Shown: positions 50,014 through 60,354 of the stretch, one piece after another
Layout of the letters: each line of letters starts with the position of its first letter
Numbering within the stretch: position 1 is the first letter of the stretch
Assembly (NCBI GenBank): GCA_031425615.1
Contig: JANPJR010000030.1
Coordinates: 82,492-146,491 of the forward strand
Origin: Cytophagales bacterium
GTDB taxonomy: Bacteria > Bacteroidota > Bacteroidia > Cytophagales > Microscillaceae
Length of the DNA stretch: 64,000 nucleotides
Reading direction: 5' to 3'
Notes under the pieces: generated by a model
What the model saw: the letters and a program-made list of their open reading frames with translations, nothing else
Told to the model about the DNA's origin: nothing
The model's database searches: none
Program-made: the position numbers and the translations under genes

Positions 50014-50220
50014 TTTTTTGAAAAAAATAAGTAGATTTTTAAGTAATTATTTTGTATTTTTACTAAATTTAAAATTACAAATAATGATTATTTTTTGTGT
50101 ATTTTTGTGAAAATATAAATTTTTTCCTTATTTTTTGGGTAAATAAAAAAATAGATTATAAAAATGCCATAAGATAAAATTCAGAGTGAGCAAAAAATTA
50201 CAAATTTAGAATTAATAACT

Positions 50221-50494
50221 TTATTACTACTATACAAATTTTAAAAAACATATTCAAAACGCAGGAAAAAGGCTTTTTTTAGTGTTTTTTACTGAAAAAT
50301 AATTTGTTTCTTTGAAAAATTAAAACAAATATGATGTTTAACGCTGTTTTCAGTTTGTAATTTTTCAAAAAAATCAGGTCAGACCTCCATAAACTATGGT
50401 ACAGACCCCAATTTTTAAAAAATGGCATTAAAAATATTTGTTTAAATCGTTTTAAAGCACTTTTTTTAAAATTCTAAAAGATGTATAGTAGTAA
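50221..50494. mobile_element. MITE-like element, copy B (~274 bp), TIRs TTACTACTATACAAA / ATGTATAGTAGTAA, carrying a 43-bp internal insertion
   Basis: Collinear with 37331-37542. The extra segment caggtcagacctccataaactatggtacagaccc also occurs at 39445-39490. Confidence 0.5.
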
Positions 50495-50535
50495 AAAAAA
50501 AATATAATTAATTTTGTAAAAATTTAAAAAAATAA

Positions 50536-51000
50536 ATGAAACCCAACATGAAAAAAACGTTTTTATTGTGTGCATTTTTGGTGTTTTTGAGTGCTGTTTT
50601 TTATCAATGCACACGTAAAAACATTACCCAAACTACTAATACAGATAATATAGTTCCTGAAAAATATCCCAATGACAGTAGTGAATTAGCACTTTTGATG
50701 CGTGATATGGACAAAGATTTCCAAGAAATCAAAATACTTTTGGGCAAAAAAGACCAAAATATTCCTGATATTCGTGAGAAATTTGCAAAAATTCACACCG
50801 CCACACCTACAGAAGCAGACAAAAAAGATGCAACTTACAAGGCAATGGCTGATGTATTTCTAAAAAATTTGGATACTTTTTACCAAGAACCTTTAAATCG
50901 TTTGGACAATTATACAATTTTGGTCAATGCGTGCCTAAATTGCCACAAAAGCCTATGCCCTGGTCCCACAGTAAGGATTAAGAAATTGCATTTGAATTAA
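50536..51000 (+). CDS. Small lipoprotein with a single CxxCH motif, so possibly a c-type haem protein
   Basis: Signal peptide with a lipobox. C-terminal NACLNCHKS contains CXXCH. 154 aa. Confidence 0.45.
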   Translation: MKPNMKKTFLLCAFLVFLSAVFYQCTRKNITQTTNTDNIVPEKYPNDSSELALLMRDMDKDFQEIKILLGKKDQNIPDIREKFAKIHTATPTEADKKDATYKAMADVFLKNLDTFYQEPLNRLDNYTILVNACLNCHKSLCPGPTVRIKKLHLN

Positions 51001-51010
51001 AATAATTTCC

Positions 51011-51044
51011 AAACTTACCAACTTTTAAAAGGGTTGGTAAGTTT
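51011..51044. terminator. Bidirectional terminator hairpin between convergent genes
   Basis: AAACTTACCAAC-ttttaaaagg-GTTGGTAAGTTT, a 12-bp perfect stem. Confidence 0.55.
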
Positions 51045-51057
51045 GTACCCAAAAACC

Positions 51058-53577
51058 TTAAAATTCCACTTCTGTAAACGCCAAATCTACCAAAGTCGTA
51101 CTCATATCCTCAGCATGTTCCCAAGGGTCAAAATTGGAGATTGGATTGATAAAACGATAATTTTTTTTTTTGTAATAATCCTTTATAAAATCTGCAGGAA
51201 ATTGGTGAAAATAGATTTTTAGCTTTGGAAATTTACTTTTGTATGGCAGTAAATCGTTTTCATTTTTTTTCTTTTTGCTTTTTTTTCTGTCAAATTTTTG
51301 GCTTTCATTTTCTATATAAAAAATCTGCTCATTGGCATCATACACAAAGGTTTTTTTGATAAATCTTTCGTTTCCATTTTCGTATTCATAAGTAGTGCCA
51401 TCATCTTCATAATATTGCAAACGATATTCACCCTCAGTAGCATAATAAATATGCCATTCAAGCGTATCAGAAGGTTTTTCTTGCGTAGTTTGCGTGAGTG
51501 ATTGCAACAAAAGCATTTCGCCAGCACGCACATACACAGGGATTTTATTGTTTGGTACTTCTACAAAAATTTCTTGATTTCCTTCGTGTTTTTCATCATT
51601 CCACATATTATACCAAGTACCTTTTGGTAAATAAATTTTGTGGATGTCCTTGTGAGCAGTTACTGCACACACCAAAATACTTTGTCCAAAAAAGTATTGA
51701 TTTTGATAATTTCCTTCATAAATTTTGGGGTCATCCGCATATTCAAACACCAAACTCCTTTGTACAGGCATACCATTTTGGGTAGCTTCATAAAAAGCAC
51801 TATACAAATAAGGCATCAATCTATAACGCAAATTGATAAAATTGCGTGCAATTTCTTCGGTTTCCTCCCCAAATGCCCAAGGCTCTGCATCTTTGCTATT
51901 TATCATCGTATGGCAACGTGCAAAAGGGGAAAAAGCACCATAAGCAACCCATTTATTAAATACTTTGGTTGGCACTTCACCCACAAAACCCCCAATGTCA
52001 TAACCCGCAAATGAAAGTCCTGCAAGCCCCATATTATTCACAAGCCTAATATCGCCCAGCATATTATTGTCTTCTGATACATTGTCGCCTGTCCAAACTG
52101 CCCCATAGCGTTGCACGCCTGAATACCCTGACCTCGTGAGAATAAAAGGACGCTTTCCATTTGCTTGTTTCTTAGCATTTTCTGCGGTTGCACGTGTCAT
52201 CTGCATACCATATATATTGTGTGCTTTGCGGTGACTTGCGGTTTGTCCTTCATAATGAAATTCGGTTATATCAGGAAAATCTTTTCCCCAGACTGCTGGT
52301 TCATTCATGTCATTCCAAAAACCCAAAAAGCCCATTTTGGTCAAATCCTGCATATTTTCGCCCCACCAATCACGCACTTTTTCATTTGTAAAATCAGGAA
52401 AATGACACGCACCAGGCCACACATTTCCTGTATAATTGAGCGAAATATCTTGTTTATTTTTAAGATATTTTACAAACATATCTTTTTTTAATCCATCTTC
52501 ATAAGGTTTATAATTTTCCTCAACCTTAATGCCTGGGTCAAAAATTAGTACTACTTTAAAGCCTAATTCCTCCAAATTTTTTACGAGTTTAGCAGGGTTT
52601 GGAAAATTATTTTTGTCCCAAGTAAATACTTTGTATTTGTCCATATAATGAATATCCAAATACAGCACATCACAAGGAATTTTTTTTTCTCTAAATGTTT
52701 TGGCTAAATTATATATCTCACTTTCGGGATAATAGCTGTATCTGCATTGCTGAAAACCAAGACTCCAAATAGGGGGCAATGAAATCCTGCCTGTAAGAAA
52801 AGTATAATTTTCAAGCACTTTTTTGGGGGTATTTCCACCAATTACAAAATATTTCATCTCACCCCCTTCTGCCCTAAAATACGAAAATGGATGGCTCATT
52901 GACCCAAAATTAAACGTGGTTTTGTAGGTATTATCAAAGAAAATTCCGTAAGTTTTGGTGGTTTTTTCTTGTGTTTTTGTGTTTTTATTTTCTTTTGTTT
53001 CCTCAAAAACACCCATATAAAATGGATATGAGCCATACATTTCGTTGGCATCAGTGCCGTATGCAAATTGGTCAGTGTTCCAATTGATGTAAGTATTGCC
53101 TTTTTTGTCAATGCCTCCTGTTTTTTCGCCAAGTCCAATAAAACGTTCTTTTTGTGCGTTGGATTTCAATGCTCTATAATTGGTTACTACCTCACCTTGC
53201 CACACCACCCCAAAATCAGTGCTGTCTTGTGTGAGCAATGTATTTTGTGCATCATAACAAGAGATATGAGCAGTTTTTATGTCAATTTTTATTTTTAATT
53301 TTTGGGTACAAACTGCAAAAAACCCTTCGCCATGTTCAAGGATAACCTCTGTATTGATGGGTTGGGCAATGACTGCATAAGAAAATTCATCAAAAAATGC
53401 TTGTTTTTTTTTGATAATGTTAATTTCTGCGATTTCATCTGCAAAAAAGGTTATTCTAATTTTTGCTTCTTTTGTGGTAAAAAGATATGAATTTTGTGCC
53501 AAAATCTGGTATTGTTGGATTTTAGTCAAGAAAATGGTTTGGGTGTCGTTTCGCATTTTGGGAAAATGTAGTGGCAA
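51058..53577 (-). CDS. Glycoside hydrolase family 31 (alpha-glucosidase / alpha-xylosidase-like)
   Basis: 839 aa. The catalytic-nucleophile region FLGFWNDMNEP and the acid/base region are characteristic of GH31. Confidence 0.9.
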   Translation of the reverse strand: MPLHFPKMRNDTQTIFLTKIQQYQILAQNSYLFTTKEAKIRITFFADEIAEINIIKKKQAFFDEFSYAVIAQPINTEVILEHGEGFFAVCTQKLKIKIDIKTAHISCYDAQNTLLTQDSTDFGVVWQGEVVTNYRALKSNAQKERFIGLGEKTGGIDKKGNTYINWNTDQFAYGTDANEMYGSYPFYMGVFEETKENKNTKTQEKTTKTYGIFFDNTYKTTFNFGSMSHPFSYFRAEGGEMKYFVIGGNTPKKVLENYTFLTGRISLPPIWSLGFQQCRYSYYPESEIYNLAKTFREKKIPCDVLYLDIHYMDKYKVFTWDKNNFPNPAKLVKNLEELGFKVVLIFDPGIKVEENYKPYEDGLKKDMFVKYLKNKQDISLNYTGNVWPGACHFPDFTNEKVRDWWGENMQDLTKMGFLGFWNDMNEPAVWGKDFPDITEFHYEGQTASHRKAHNIYGMQMTRATAENAKKQANGKRPFILTRSGYSGVQRYGAVWTGDNVSEDNNMLGDIRLVNNMGLAGLSFAGYDIGGFVGEVPTKVFNKWVAYGAFSPFARCHTMINSKDAEPWAFGEETEEIARNFINLRYRLMPYLYSAFYEATQNGMPVQRSLVFEYADDPKIYEGNYQNQYFFGQSILVCAVTAHKDIHKIYLPKGTWYNMWNDEKHEGNQEIFVEVPNNKIPVYVRAGEMLLLQSLTQTTQEKPSDTLEWHIYYATEGEYRLQYYEDDGTTYEYENGNERFIKKTFVYDANEQIFYIENESQKFDRKKSKKKKNENDLLPYKSKFPKLKIYFHQFPADFIKDYYKKKNYRFINPISNFDPWEHAEDMSTTLVDLAFTEVEF

Positions 53578-53708
53578 GGCTTGCCTTTGTAAGGGAAACC
53601 CTTGCGATTGCCCTGTGGTTTAAAGATTTTTTAGAAAATCAAAAATACGATATTTTTTTTGTTTTTTTTTGCTGTTAGTTTGTTATAAAATATTTTTTTT
53701 ACAAAAAT

Positions 53709-54305
53709 TTATTTTTTCTCCCATTCCAAATAACCATAAATTGCCAACAACAAAAATAAAAAATACAAGCCCACACTCAAATACAACGCTGAAAAAAACG
53801 TAATTATCATGACTAAAATATTGACCACAATCCAAAAAAACCAATTTTCAATGTATTTTTTTGCCAATAAATATTGTGCAGTAATGCTCCCTACACCACT
53901 TACAACATCTAATAACATCATGATATTAAATGGCAAACCAAGCCAAAATACAAACACCGAAAGCAACAAGCCCAATAAAAAAATATTAGAAATCAGTAAC
54001 AAAAAATAATATTTTGGAGGGAAATATTGGGGCGAAAATGAAGTACTATCTTTATGAATTTCATTGTCAAGTGATTGATTTTTTTGGTTAAAATGCCATT
54101 CCCAAAAACCATAAATACTTAATAATAAAAAAATAATTTGTACCAAAAAATTACCGTACAATTTTGCTTCAAAAAAAACAATTGCATACAATATGCCACC
54201 TACAATCGCCCAATACCACGCTTGCGGTTTGCCTTGTGTATTGAGCCAGACACATACAAGCGAAGAAATTGCACCAAATAGTTCGCAGTAATTTGAAAAA
54301 GTCAT
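53709..54305 (-). CDS. pnuC: Nicotinamide riboside transporter PnuC
   Basis: Multi-TM protein ending in the PnuC-like WEW / YLEWEKK signatures. The ORF track starts at 54395, but homology suggests the internal Met at 54305 (MTFSNYCELFGAIS...) is the start. The upstream 90 nt overlap a hairpin and repeat region. Confidence 0.75.
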   Translation of the reverse strand: MTFSNYCELFGAISSLVCVWLNTQGKPQAWYWAIVGGILYAIVFFEAKLYGNFLVQIIFLLLSIYGFWEWHFNQKNQSLDNEIHKDSTSFSPQYFPPKYYFLLLISNIFLLGLLLSVFVFWLGLPFNIMMLLDVVSGVGSITAQYLLAKKYIENWFFWIVVNILVMIITFFSALYLSVGLYFLFLLLAIYGYLEWEKK

Positions 54306-54396
54306 GTTTTTTTTTTTATTTATAAAAAGCCACTTAACCCCAAAGTGGAACAAACAGTCTTGAACGGAAAAACTGACAACTGAGAAAACTGACAAC

Positions 54397-56412
54397 TTAA
54401 TTTATCACAATTTTCTTTGTAACTAAAATTCCTTGTCCAAAATCAATTTTTAAGAAATAAAGACCACTTGGGAGATTTTTGAGTGGAATTTTTATTTTTT
54501 TTGTATTAGAAAAAACATTGTTTTCAATCTCCAAAGATTGTGTTTGAATATTTGAAATTTCTTGCCCTTTTGTCCCCCAAATTTTAATTTCTTTTGGATT
54601 TAATGTTTTTCCAAATGAATTATTTAAAACATTAAAATCTTGGTTTTCTTGCCATTCCACAAAAACATATTCTTGTGCAGGATTTGGATAAACTTTTATG
54701 TGTTGGGAAAATGTATTTTGGGAAAAATTTTCTAACGGTGTAAGATTGTCTTTTGAAAAAATAGGACGAATCATCAAAGCCCCTTTTTGAATAGGGTCTG
54801 GTTGCCAAGTTTGCCAAAAATTGCCTGTATTAAAAAATATTTCGCCTGTGGCATCACTATTCATATCATAACCTACGGTTACCCTGTCGTTGGTCGTTTG
54901 TTCCCAACCAATATAAAAAGTACCTTGTGGTAATACAACTTTTGGAAAACGAAAACCACTTAGACTCACACGTTTGAGCGAATCTACACTCAAAAGTTCA
55001 TTGCGTGTGTTTGGATAGCGAATTGGAATATTGACTTTATACATCACAGAATCTTTGTTAATCGTGTTGTCAATATTGGATAATTTTTGCCAAATCACAA
55101 TATTTACACTCAACGTAGAAAGGTCTTTTTCAAATTTGGTCAAATGCAAACGAATGTCTGTAAGTGTATCAGGTTTTTCCAAAAAAAACCTTACCGCAGT
55201 TTTTCCAAAACGTTGATTTACACCTGCACCGTATTCCGCAGAGCCATCATCATACGCAAAAAAATCTGTAATGTATGTAGTATTGCGTGTAATGTCATTC
55301 CTGCTCAAATCCACGCCTTGAATAGTGGTGCTGTTGTCGCCTGTACCAACCAAAAACTGTGATTTGATAATCATTTTTTTGTTATTTGGTAAGGCATTTA
55401 GATTAGTATTTGCATTTATTGGAAATTGTTGTGCATTTCCCCCCAAAATAAATGGTGGTGTACTCGCAAAAATACCCAAATTTAAGCCTGAAATTGTTTC
55501 TTGGGCGGTAGCATTGTAGCTTATTACATCAAAACCTGTTCCGCTAAAATTATTAATATTGCTTTTGAGACTTTGGGCTAAATATGCACTTGTATTAAGC
55601 CAAAAATGCGGTGCTGGCATGGCAGTATATTTTTTGAGCCAACCTGTTGCAGGCTTTGTAGTGGCTATTTCTTGCACAAATTTATCTTGAAAATTGCGGT
55701 TTTTATCCATGTAAATATAATCCAAATTCCAAATATCATACATACCCGATTGCCTGCCATACGTCTGAAAACGAAACTGAAAACCTGCATGAAAATATTT
55801 TAAATCTTTGATGGACAATAATATTTGTGTAAAAACAGTATCTCTATCGCCTCCTTTTTTTGACCAGATTGTTCCCCAATTCCCTGCATTGTCTTTGGTT
55901 TGCAACACCAACGAATCCAATACATCAGGCATTTCGCCCAAGCCTGTTTTTTGGTAATAAAAACTCAAATACACTGAATCTGCTGGCGTGAGCGTACTCA
56001 TATTGATAAGATAACTTTGCAACACATCAGTAAGTCCTATTGCTTCGCTTACTACCGTAGAAAAATTGTAAGGTTGTCCTTGTTCATTCAAACCATCAAA
56101 TGTAGCAATACCCAAAGAAGGATTATTTATCCCAAAAGTTTGGTTGATATATGTACCACCGTTTTTGTCCCAAATTGTCGTATCTGCAACGCCTTGATAC
56201 AACGAGAAATCCTCAAAAAAAGGCAACCCCAATGCAGGTTTACCCATATATATAAGACTGTTTTGTGATGTGTTGTTTTGCGTTTTGGGCAAAGGTTTGT
56301 AAAAATTTTGGTTGGGTGAAATAGAGAATTGTGCTTTTAAAGTAAAATTAAATTGTTGCACAAAAAAAATACACCAAAAAGACAATAAGAATGTTTTTAA
56401 TGAATTTATCAT
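54397..56412 (-). CDS. T9SS C-terminal-domain secreted protein (hypothetical, 671 aa)
   Basis: Signal peptide present. The C-terminus …KVYPNPAQEYVFVEW…GLYFLKIDFGQGILVTKKIVIN fits the T9SS sorting domain. Confidence 0.65.
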   Translation of the reverse strand: MINSLKTFLLSFWCIFFVQQFNFTLKAQFSISPNQNFYKPLPKTQNNTSQNSLIYMGKPALGLPFFEDFSLYQGVADTTIWDKNGGTYINQTFGINNPSLGIATFDGLNEQGQPYNFSTVVSEAIGLTDVLQSYLINMSTLTPADSVYLSFYYQKTGLGEMPDVLDSLVLQTKDNAGNWGTIWSKKGGDRDTVFTQILLSIKDLKYFHAGFQFRFQTYGRQSGMYDIWNLDYIYMDKNRNFQDKFVQEIATTKPATGWLKKYTAMPAPHFWLNTSAYLAQSLKSNINNFSGTGFDVISYNATAQETISGLNLGIFASTPPFILGGNAQQFPINANTNLNALPNNKKMIIKSQFLVGTGDNSTTIQGVDLSRNDITRNTTYITDFFAYDDGSAEYGAGVNQRFGKTAVRFFLEKPDTLTDIRLHLTKFEKDLSTLSVNIVIWQKLSNIDNTINKDSVMYKVNIPIRYPNTRNELLSVDSLKRVSLSGFRFPKVVLPQGTFYIGWEQTTNDRVTVGYDMNSDATGEIFFNTGNFWQTWQPDPIQKGALMIRPIFSKDNLTPLENFSQNTFSQHIKVYPNPAQEYVFVEWQENQDFNVLNNSFGKTLNPKEIKIWGTKGQEISNIQTQSLEIENNVFSNTKKIKIPLKNLPSGLYFLKIDFGQGILVTKKIVIN

Positions 56413-56592
56413 GAAAATTAAAAATGGAAAAGAAAATAATAGAAAGAAACCGAAACAAAAGCAGTTTTTTTAGCGTTTTTTTTATTTTAATGCCAAAATT
56501 ACACAAAAAGACATTAAAAAAGTATGAATTTTATGGAAATGTAGTTAAAAAAAGGTTTTTTTGCATAAAAAAATCTTTAAATCTTTTTACAG

Positions 56593-57690
56593 ATGTTACC
56601 TTCCAAACGCACACTCACAATATTTGCTATTTTTTTAGGTATTAGTCTTGGATTTTATTATTTCCAAAGTCTATTTACTTATTTGTTATTGTCTGCTTTT
56701 GTAACCTCACTTTTGCGACCTTTGACCGAATTTTTGGCTTCTCATGCAATTTTGGGCATCAAAATTCCACGCATGATAGCAGTTTTATTGAGTTTAGTGG
56801 TGTTGGTGTCGTTTCCTGTGTTGTTTGCAAGTATGTTGGTACCACTTGTGAGCGAACAAGCAAATATTTTGCAAAAAATCAATTATCAAGATGTACTAAA
56901 TACTTTTCAAAGTCCTTTGTCGTCCATTGAAAATTTTTTAATTCAAAATATTTACCCTGATAGAAAAACGGGTTTTTTATTAAAAGAATTGACAGAATTG
57001 ACCACACAATTTGTAAAAAGTTTAGATTTTAGTTATATTTTACAAAATATTCTTTCGGTTACAGGTTCGGTATTGGTGTATGTGAGTGCGGTTTTTTTTC
57101 TGACATTTATGTTATTATATGAAAATAACCTTTTGCGTAAGCAATTTTTAACCGTAATTCCCAATGCGTATTTTGAGTTGATTGTAACTACATTACACAA
57201 AATAGAGGTTTTATTGCGTAGTTATTTATTGGGTTTGATGATGCAAATAGGGATTTTTTTTGTAGTGATGTCTATTAGTTTAAGTATTTTTGGGGTAAAA
57301 TACGCTTTTACAATAGCAATATTTGTGGCTATTTTCAATCTCATACCATACTTGGGTGTAGGTATTGGTTTTGTGTTTGCGAGTTTGGTTACACTTTCTA
57401 CTGATACAGCACAAGCACATACTTTGTGGGATTTTGCGGTAGCGTTAGGGCATTTATTGCCTGCATTTGTGCTTGCTATTACACTGGACAGTATTTTGGT
57501 GCAACCTATTATTTTTTCAAAAAGCGTTAAAGCACACCCTTTGGAAATATTTGGTGCGGTAGTCGCAGGCGCAACATTGGGCGGTGGTTTGGGTATGTTG
57601 TTGGCAATTCCGATATACACGACCATAAAAGTAGGTTATACTGAATGGCAGGAAGGACATAAAAAATATAGGGTTTTTAGGCAAAATTAA
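56593..57690 (+). CDS. AI-2E family transporter (PerM-like permease)
   Basis: 365 aa with 7-8 TM segments. Length and topology are typical of UPF0118/AI-2E. Confidence 0.75.
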   Translation: MLPSKRTLTIFAIFLGISLGFYYFQSLFTYLLLSAFVTSLLRPLTEFLASHAILGIKIPRMIAVLLSLVVLVSFPVLFASMLVPLVSEQANILQKINYQDVLNTFQSPLSSIENFLIQNIYPDRKTGFLLKELTELTTQFVKSLDFSYILQNILSVTGSVLVYVSAVFFLTFMLLYENNLLRKQFLTVIPNAYFELIVTTLHKIEVLLRSYLLGLMMQIGIFFVVMSISLSIFGVKYAFTIAIFVAIFNLIPYLGVGIGFVFASLVTLSTDTAQAHTLWDFAVALGHLLPAFVLAITLDSILVQPIIFSKSVKAHPLEIFGAVVAGATLGGGLGMLLAIPIYTTIKVGYTEWQEGHKKYRVFRQN

Positions 57691-57789
57691 AGCAATTTTA
57701 ATGCAACCATTGTCAAAAATGCAAATCCACTATTCACTAAACTTTTTACCACTTGTAAAATCACAAATTACACAAAAGAGGAAAGAATT

Positions 57790-58020
57790 ATGTATGACCA
57801 AAGCCTAAAAAATTACCGTGATTGGTATGCAATTGAAAAAACTGCCTTTATGAAAGGAGAAATAAAAGGGGAAATAAAAGGAGAAATAAAAGGAGAGAAG
57901 AAAAAGGGAATTGAAATCGCTCTAAACCTTATCAAATTTTCAGACATGAATAATGCCCAAATTGCCCAAATAACAGTAATTTCAGAAATAGAAATTGAAA
58001 ACTTGCGAAATTCAATTTAA
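57790..58020 (+). pseudogene. Remnant C-terminal fragment of an Rpn/YhgA-like (PD-(D/E)XK) transposase-family protein
   Basis: The (KGEI)x3 repeat, then GIEIALNLIK…NNAQIAQITVISEIEIENL, resembles the C-terminal tail of Rpn-family proteins. Only 76 aa, with no nuclease domain. Confidence 0.35.
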
Positions 58021-58198
58021 AAAAAACGTACCTGTTTAGGTTAAATTTAAAATATTCGTTTTAGACTAACTTTCCAAAATTAGACCTACCAAGTTTGAAA
58101 AACTTGGTAAGTCTTGCACAGAAAACAAAGTGCAAGAACACAAAAAAACACTTTTTATAAAAATGCTTTTTTTGTGTTCTTATATTCCTAATTCTCAT

Positions 58199-60037
58199 CT
58201 ATATTTTCTTATAATTTCCCAAAAAAAGCCTTGCATAAATGCGAATTGTAGCGATGCCATCTAATACAAATGTAAAAGACAAGAGCAAAGTAAGCATGAT
58301 TTGCGTGTCGTGGATATGCGTAAAAATCAAATCTTTACCCAAAAATGAAGTCGTTATCGGAAAACCCATTACGCCAAGCACTGCAAACAAAAACAAAAGA
58401 TGTTGCCAATGATAATGTTCTGCGTAACCATGAAAAATCGTCAAATCAAGCCTTTCGCCTTTTTGTTTGATTAACCAAAAAACAACAAAACCAACTACAC
58501 CTGCCACAAGAATACCAGAAAGATATAAAAAAGTATGTTCAAATGTAAAACGTTTATTAAAAGATACAGACAAATCAACCCACAAATGCGTCATTAAAAT
58601 ACACGCCCATGCCAACACCACATTTTTTCGTTCTGTAAAAGCCCTTATAATCGTTGCAAGGGCAATACTTGCAAAAAGAAAAGGCAATAATTGTGTAATG
58701 CGTTCTGAAATAAATATTTGAAAATATAACAAACTTCTTGACATTATATAAAAAGCAAACAAAAACATAAAAACATAAATATTGCTCAAAAATGCAAACA
58801 ATTTACCTATGGATTTGATGGGTTTCCAAAAAAATTTGTATAAAAAATAATCCAAATACCATTCTTTTATGCTCAACATATAAAATGTATATTTCATTTT
58901 TTTGAAAAAATTGCTAATTTTTCCTTTATAAGTTGCCTCATGTCTTGGTACATAATTGTAAAACTGTTCGCTTATCAAATACGCCACTGAAGATGGCGAA
59001 ACCAACAACTGGTATGTACGCAAAAAAGCATTTGCCATAAAATGAAATAATGCCAAATAATCTAATCCTAATGCGATTTCTAAAAAAATAATACCAATCT
59101 GAGACGCAGACGAATACGCAATTTGCCCTTTGGCAGAAGGTTGTACGCGTGCTATGGCATTGGTCAATATGGCAGTTATCACACCTATTACACCCACCAA
59201 AATTTTGATAAACAATAAATTTTCCCAAAATGGATGCGTCCTAAGCAATAAAAATGCCCCCATGTGTACCGAAAGAGACCCATAAAATATCGCACTTGAA
59301 GGCGAAGGTCCTTCCATAGCACGGGCTATCCATGAACAAAAAGGAAATTGTGCAGATTTGACAATACTTGCCAGCAAGATAAAAACCGCTATCGCAATAC
59401 CCAATGTACTGTGTATAGCAAGTTGGTTTTTGATAACTTCCAAATTGTGTAGTTTTTCAAATGTAATATTTTCATGCCAAAGATGATGGCTCAACCACAT
59501 CACCAAAATAAGCCCAACATCACCCACACGATAAATAGAAAACACCTTGATAGCATTGGCAATAGGCAAATATCTATCACGATAAAATGCAATCAATAAA
59601 AACGAAGAAATACCCAAAATCTCCCAACCAATAAACATTATCTCAAAATTGCCCGCTAATATTACAATATTATAGCCCAAAAAAAACAGTAAAAGCCCAT
59701 TGAAAAAACGTTTGTAGCCTTTTTCTAAGTGTAAATAATATGCACTATAAAACGTAACCAACGTAGTAAGCAAACAACCTGTAAATAAATAAACTGCAGT
59801 AACATAATCAAAGTAAAAACACAAGAAAAATGTGTAATTGCCAGAACGATACAATATAACTTCTGGGTCATTGATTTTTTCGCCTATTCCCCAATAAATA
59901 ATCAAACCCAACGCTATCAAACTATGCAAAATCGTAATGCTCAACGCAATGAAAGCAATAGGTTTTTCATGTTTGCGGGATAAAAATAACGTAATAAGCA
60001 ACCCAAAAAAAGGCAACAGAACTAATAAAGCAATCAT
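58199..60037 (-). CDS. Solitary NuoL/MnhA-family proton-conducting membrane transporter subunit
   Basis: 612 aa with at least 14 TM segments. The Proton_antipo_M-like core is present (…IGWEILGISSFLLIAFY…). No other nuo, mnh or dabA genes lie nearby. Confidence 0.75.
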   Translation of the reverse strand: MIALLVLLPFFGLLITLFLSRKHEKPIAFIALSITILHSLIALGLIIYWGIGEKINDPEVILYRSGNYTFFLCFYFDYVTAVYLFTGCLLTTLVTFYSAYYLHLEKGYKRFFNGLLLFFLGYNIVILAGNFEIMFIGWEILGISSFLLIAFYRDRYLPIANAIKVFSIYRVGDVGLILVMWLSHHLWHENITFEKLHNLEVIKNQLAIHSTLGIAIAVFILLASIVKSAQFPFCSWIARAMEGPSPSSAIFYGSLSVHMGAFLLLRTHPFWENLLFIKILVGVIGVITAILTNAIARVQPSAKGQIAYSSASQIGIIFLEIALGLDYLALFHFMANAFLRTYQLLVSPSSVAYLISEQFYNYVPRHEATYKGKISNFFKKMKYTFYMLSIKEWYLDYFLYKFFWKPIKSIGKLFAFLSNIYVFMFLFAFYIMSRSLLYFQIFISERITQLLPFLFASIALATIIRAFTERKNVVLAWACILMTHLWVDLSVSFNKRFTFEHTFLYLSGILVAGVVGFVVFWLIKQKGERLDLTIFHGYAEHYHWQHLLFLFAVLGVMGFPITTSFLGKDLIFTHIHDTQIMLTLLLSFTFVLDGIATIRIYARLFLGNYKKI

Positions 60038-60110
60038 AAGGAAATTAGGAATTATAGATTAGGAATTAGGAATTTTTTTGTTATTCCTGCATATAGTTAT
60101 TCCTATCATA
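60038..60110. repeat. AATTAGGAAT tandem motif plus a TTTTTTTGTTATTCCT unit immediately 5' of the NuoL-like start
   Basis: aggaaattaggaattatagattaggaattaggaatttttttgttattcctgcatatagttattcctatc. Confidence 0.7.
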
Positions 60111-60354
60111 GTTGAAAACTTAGTATTAAAAGCATTCGCTTTATTTTTTTTATTTCCTAAGTTTTTTTTCGTGCAATATTAAAAATATTTTTGATATTTA
60201 TAAAATATTTTAACTTTTTTTTAAACTAATTTAAAAAATTATTTAATTGTTTGAAAAATAAAATGAAAAACTTTGCTAAAACGAAAATATTTTGTAAGAA
60301 AGTTGTCTATTTTTAGGTATTTTTGAAAAAAATAAAACAAAAATTTCAAAAATT

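Noticed and set aside
54306-54395. N-terminal 30 codons of the pnuC ORF as given in the ORF track
   Set aside because: The extension overlaps a hairpin and the CTGACAACT repeat, and it precedes the conserved PnuC N-terminus. The internal Met at 54305 is the more plausible start.
58199-60037. The NuoL-like protein considered as DabB of a DAB CO2-uptake system
   Set aside because: No DabA (DUF2309) gene is adjacent on either side, so it is left as a generic NuoL/MnhA-family subunit.
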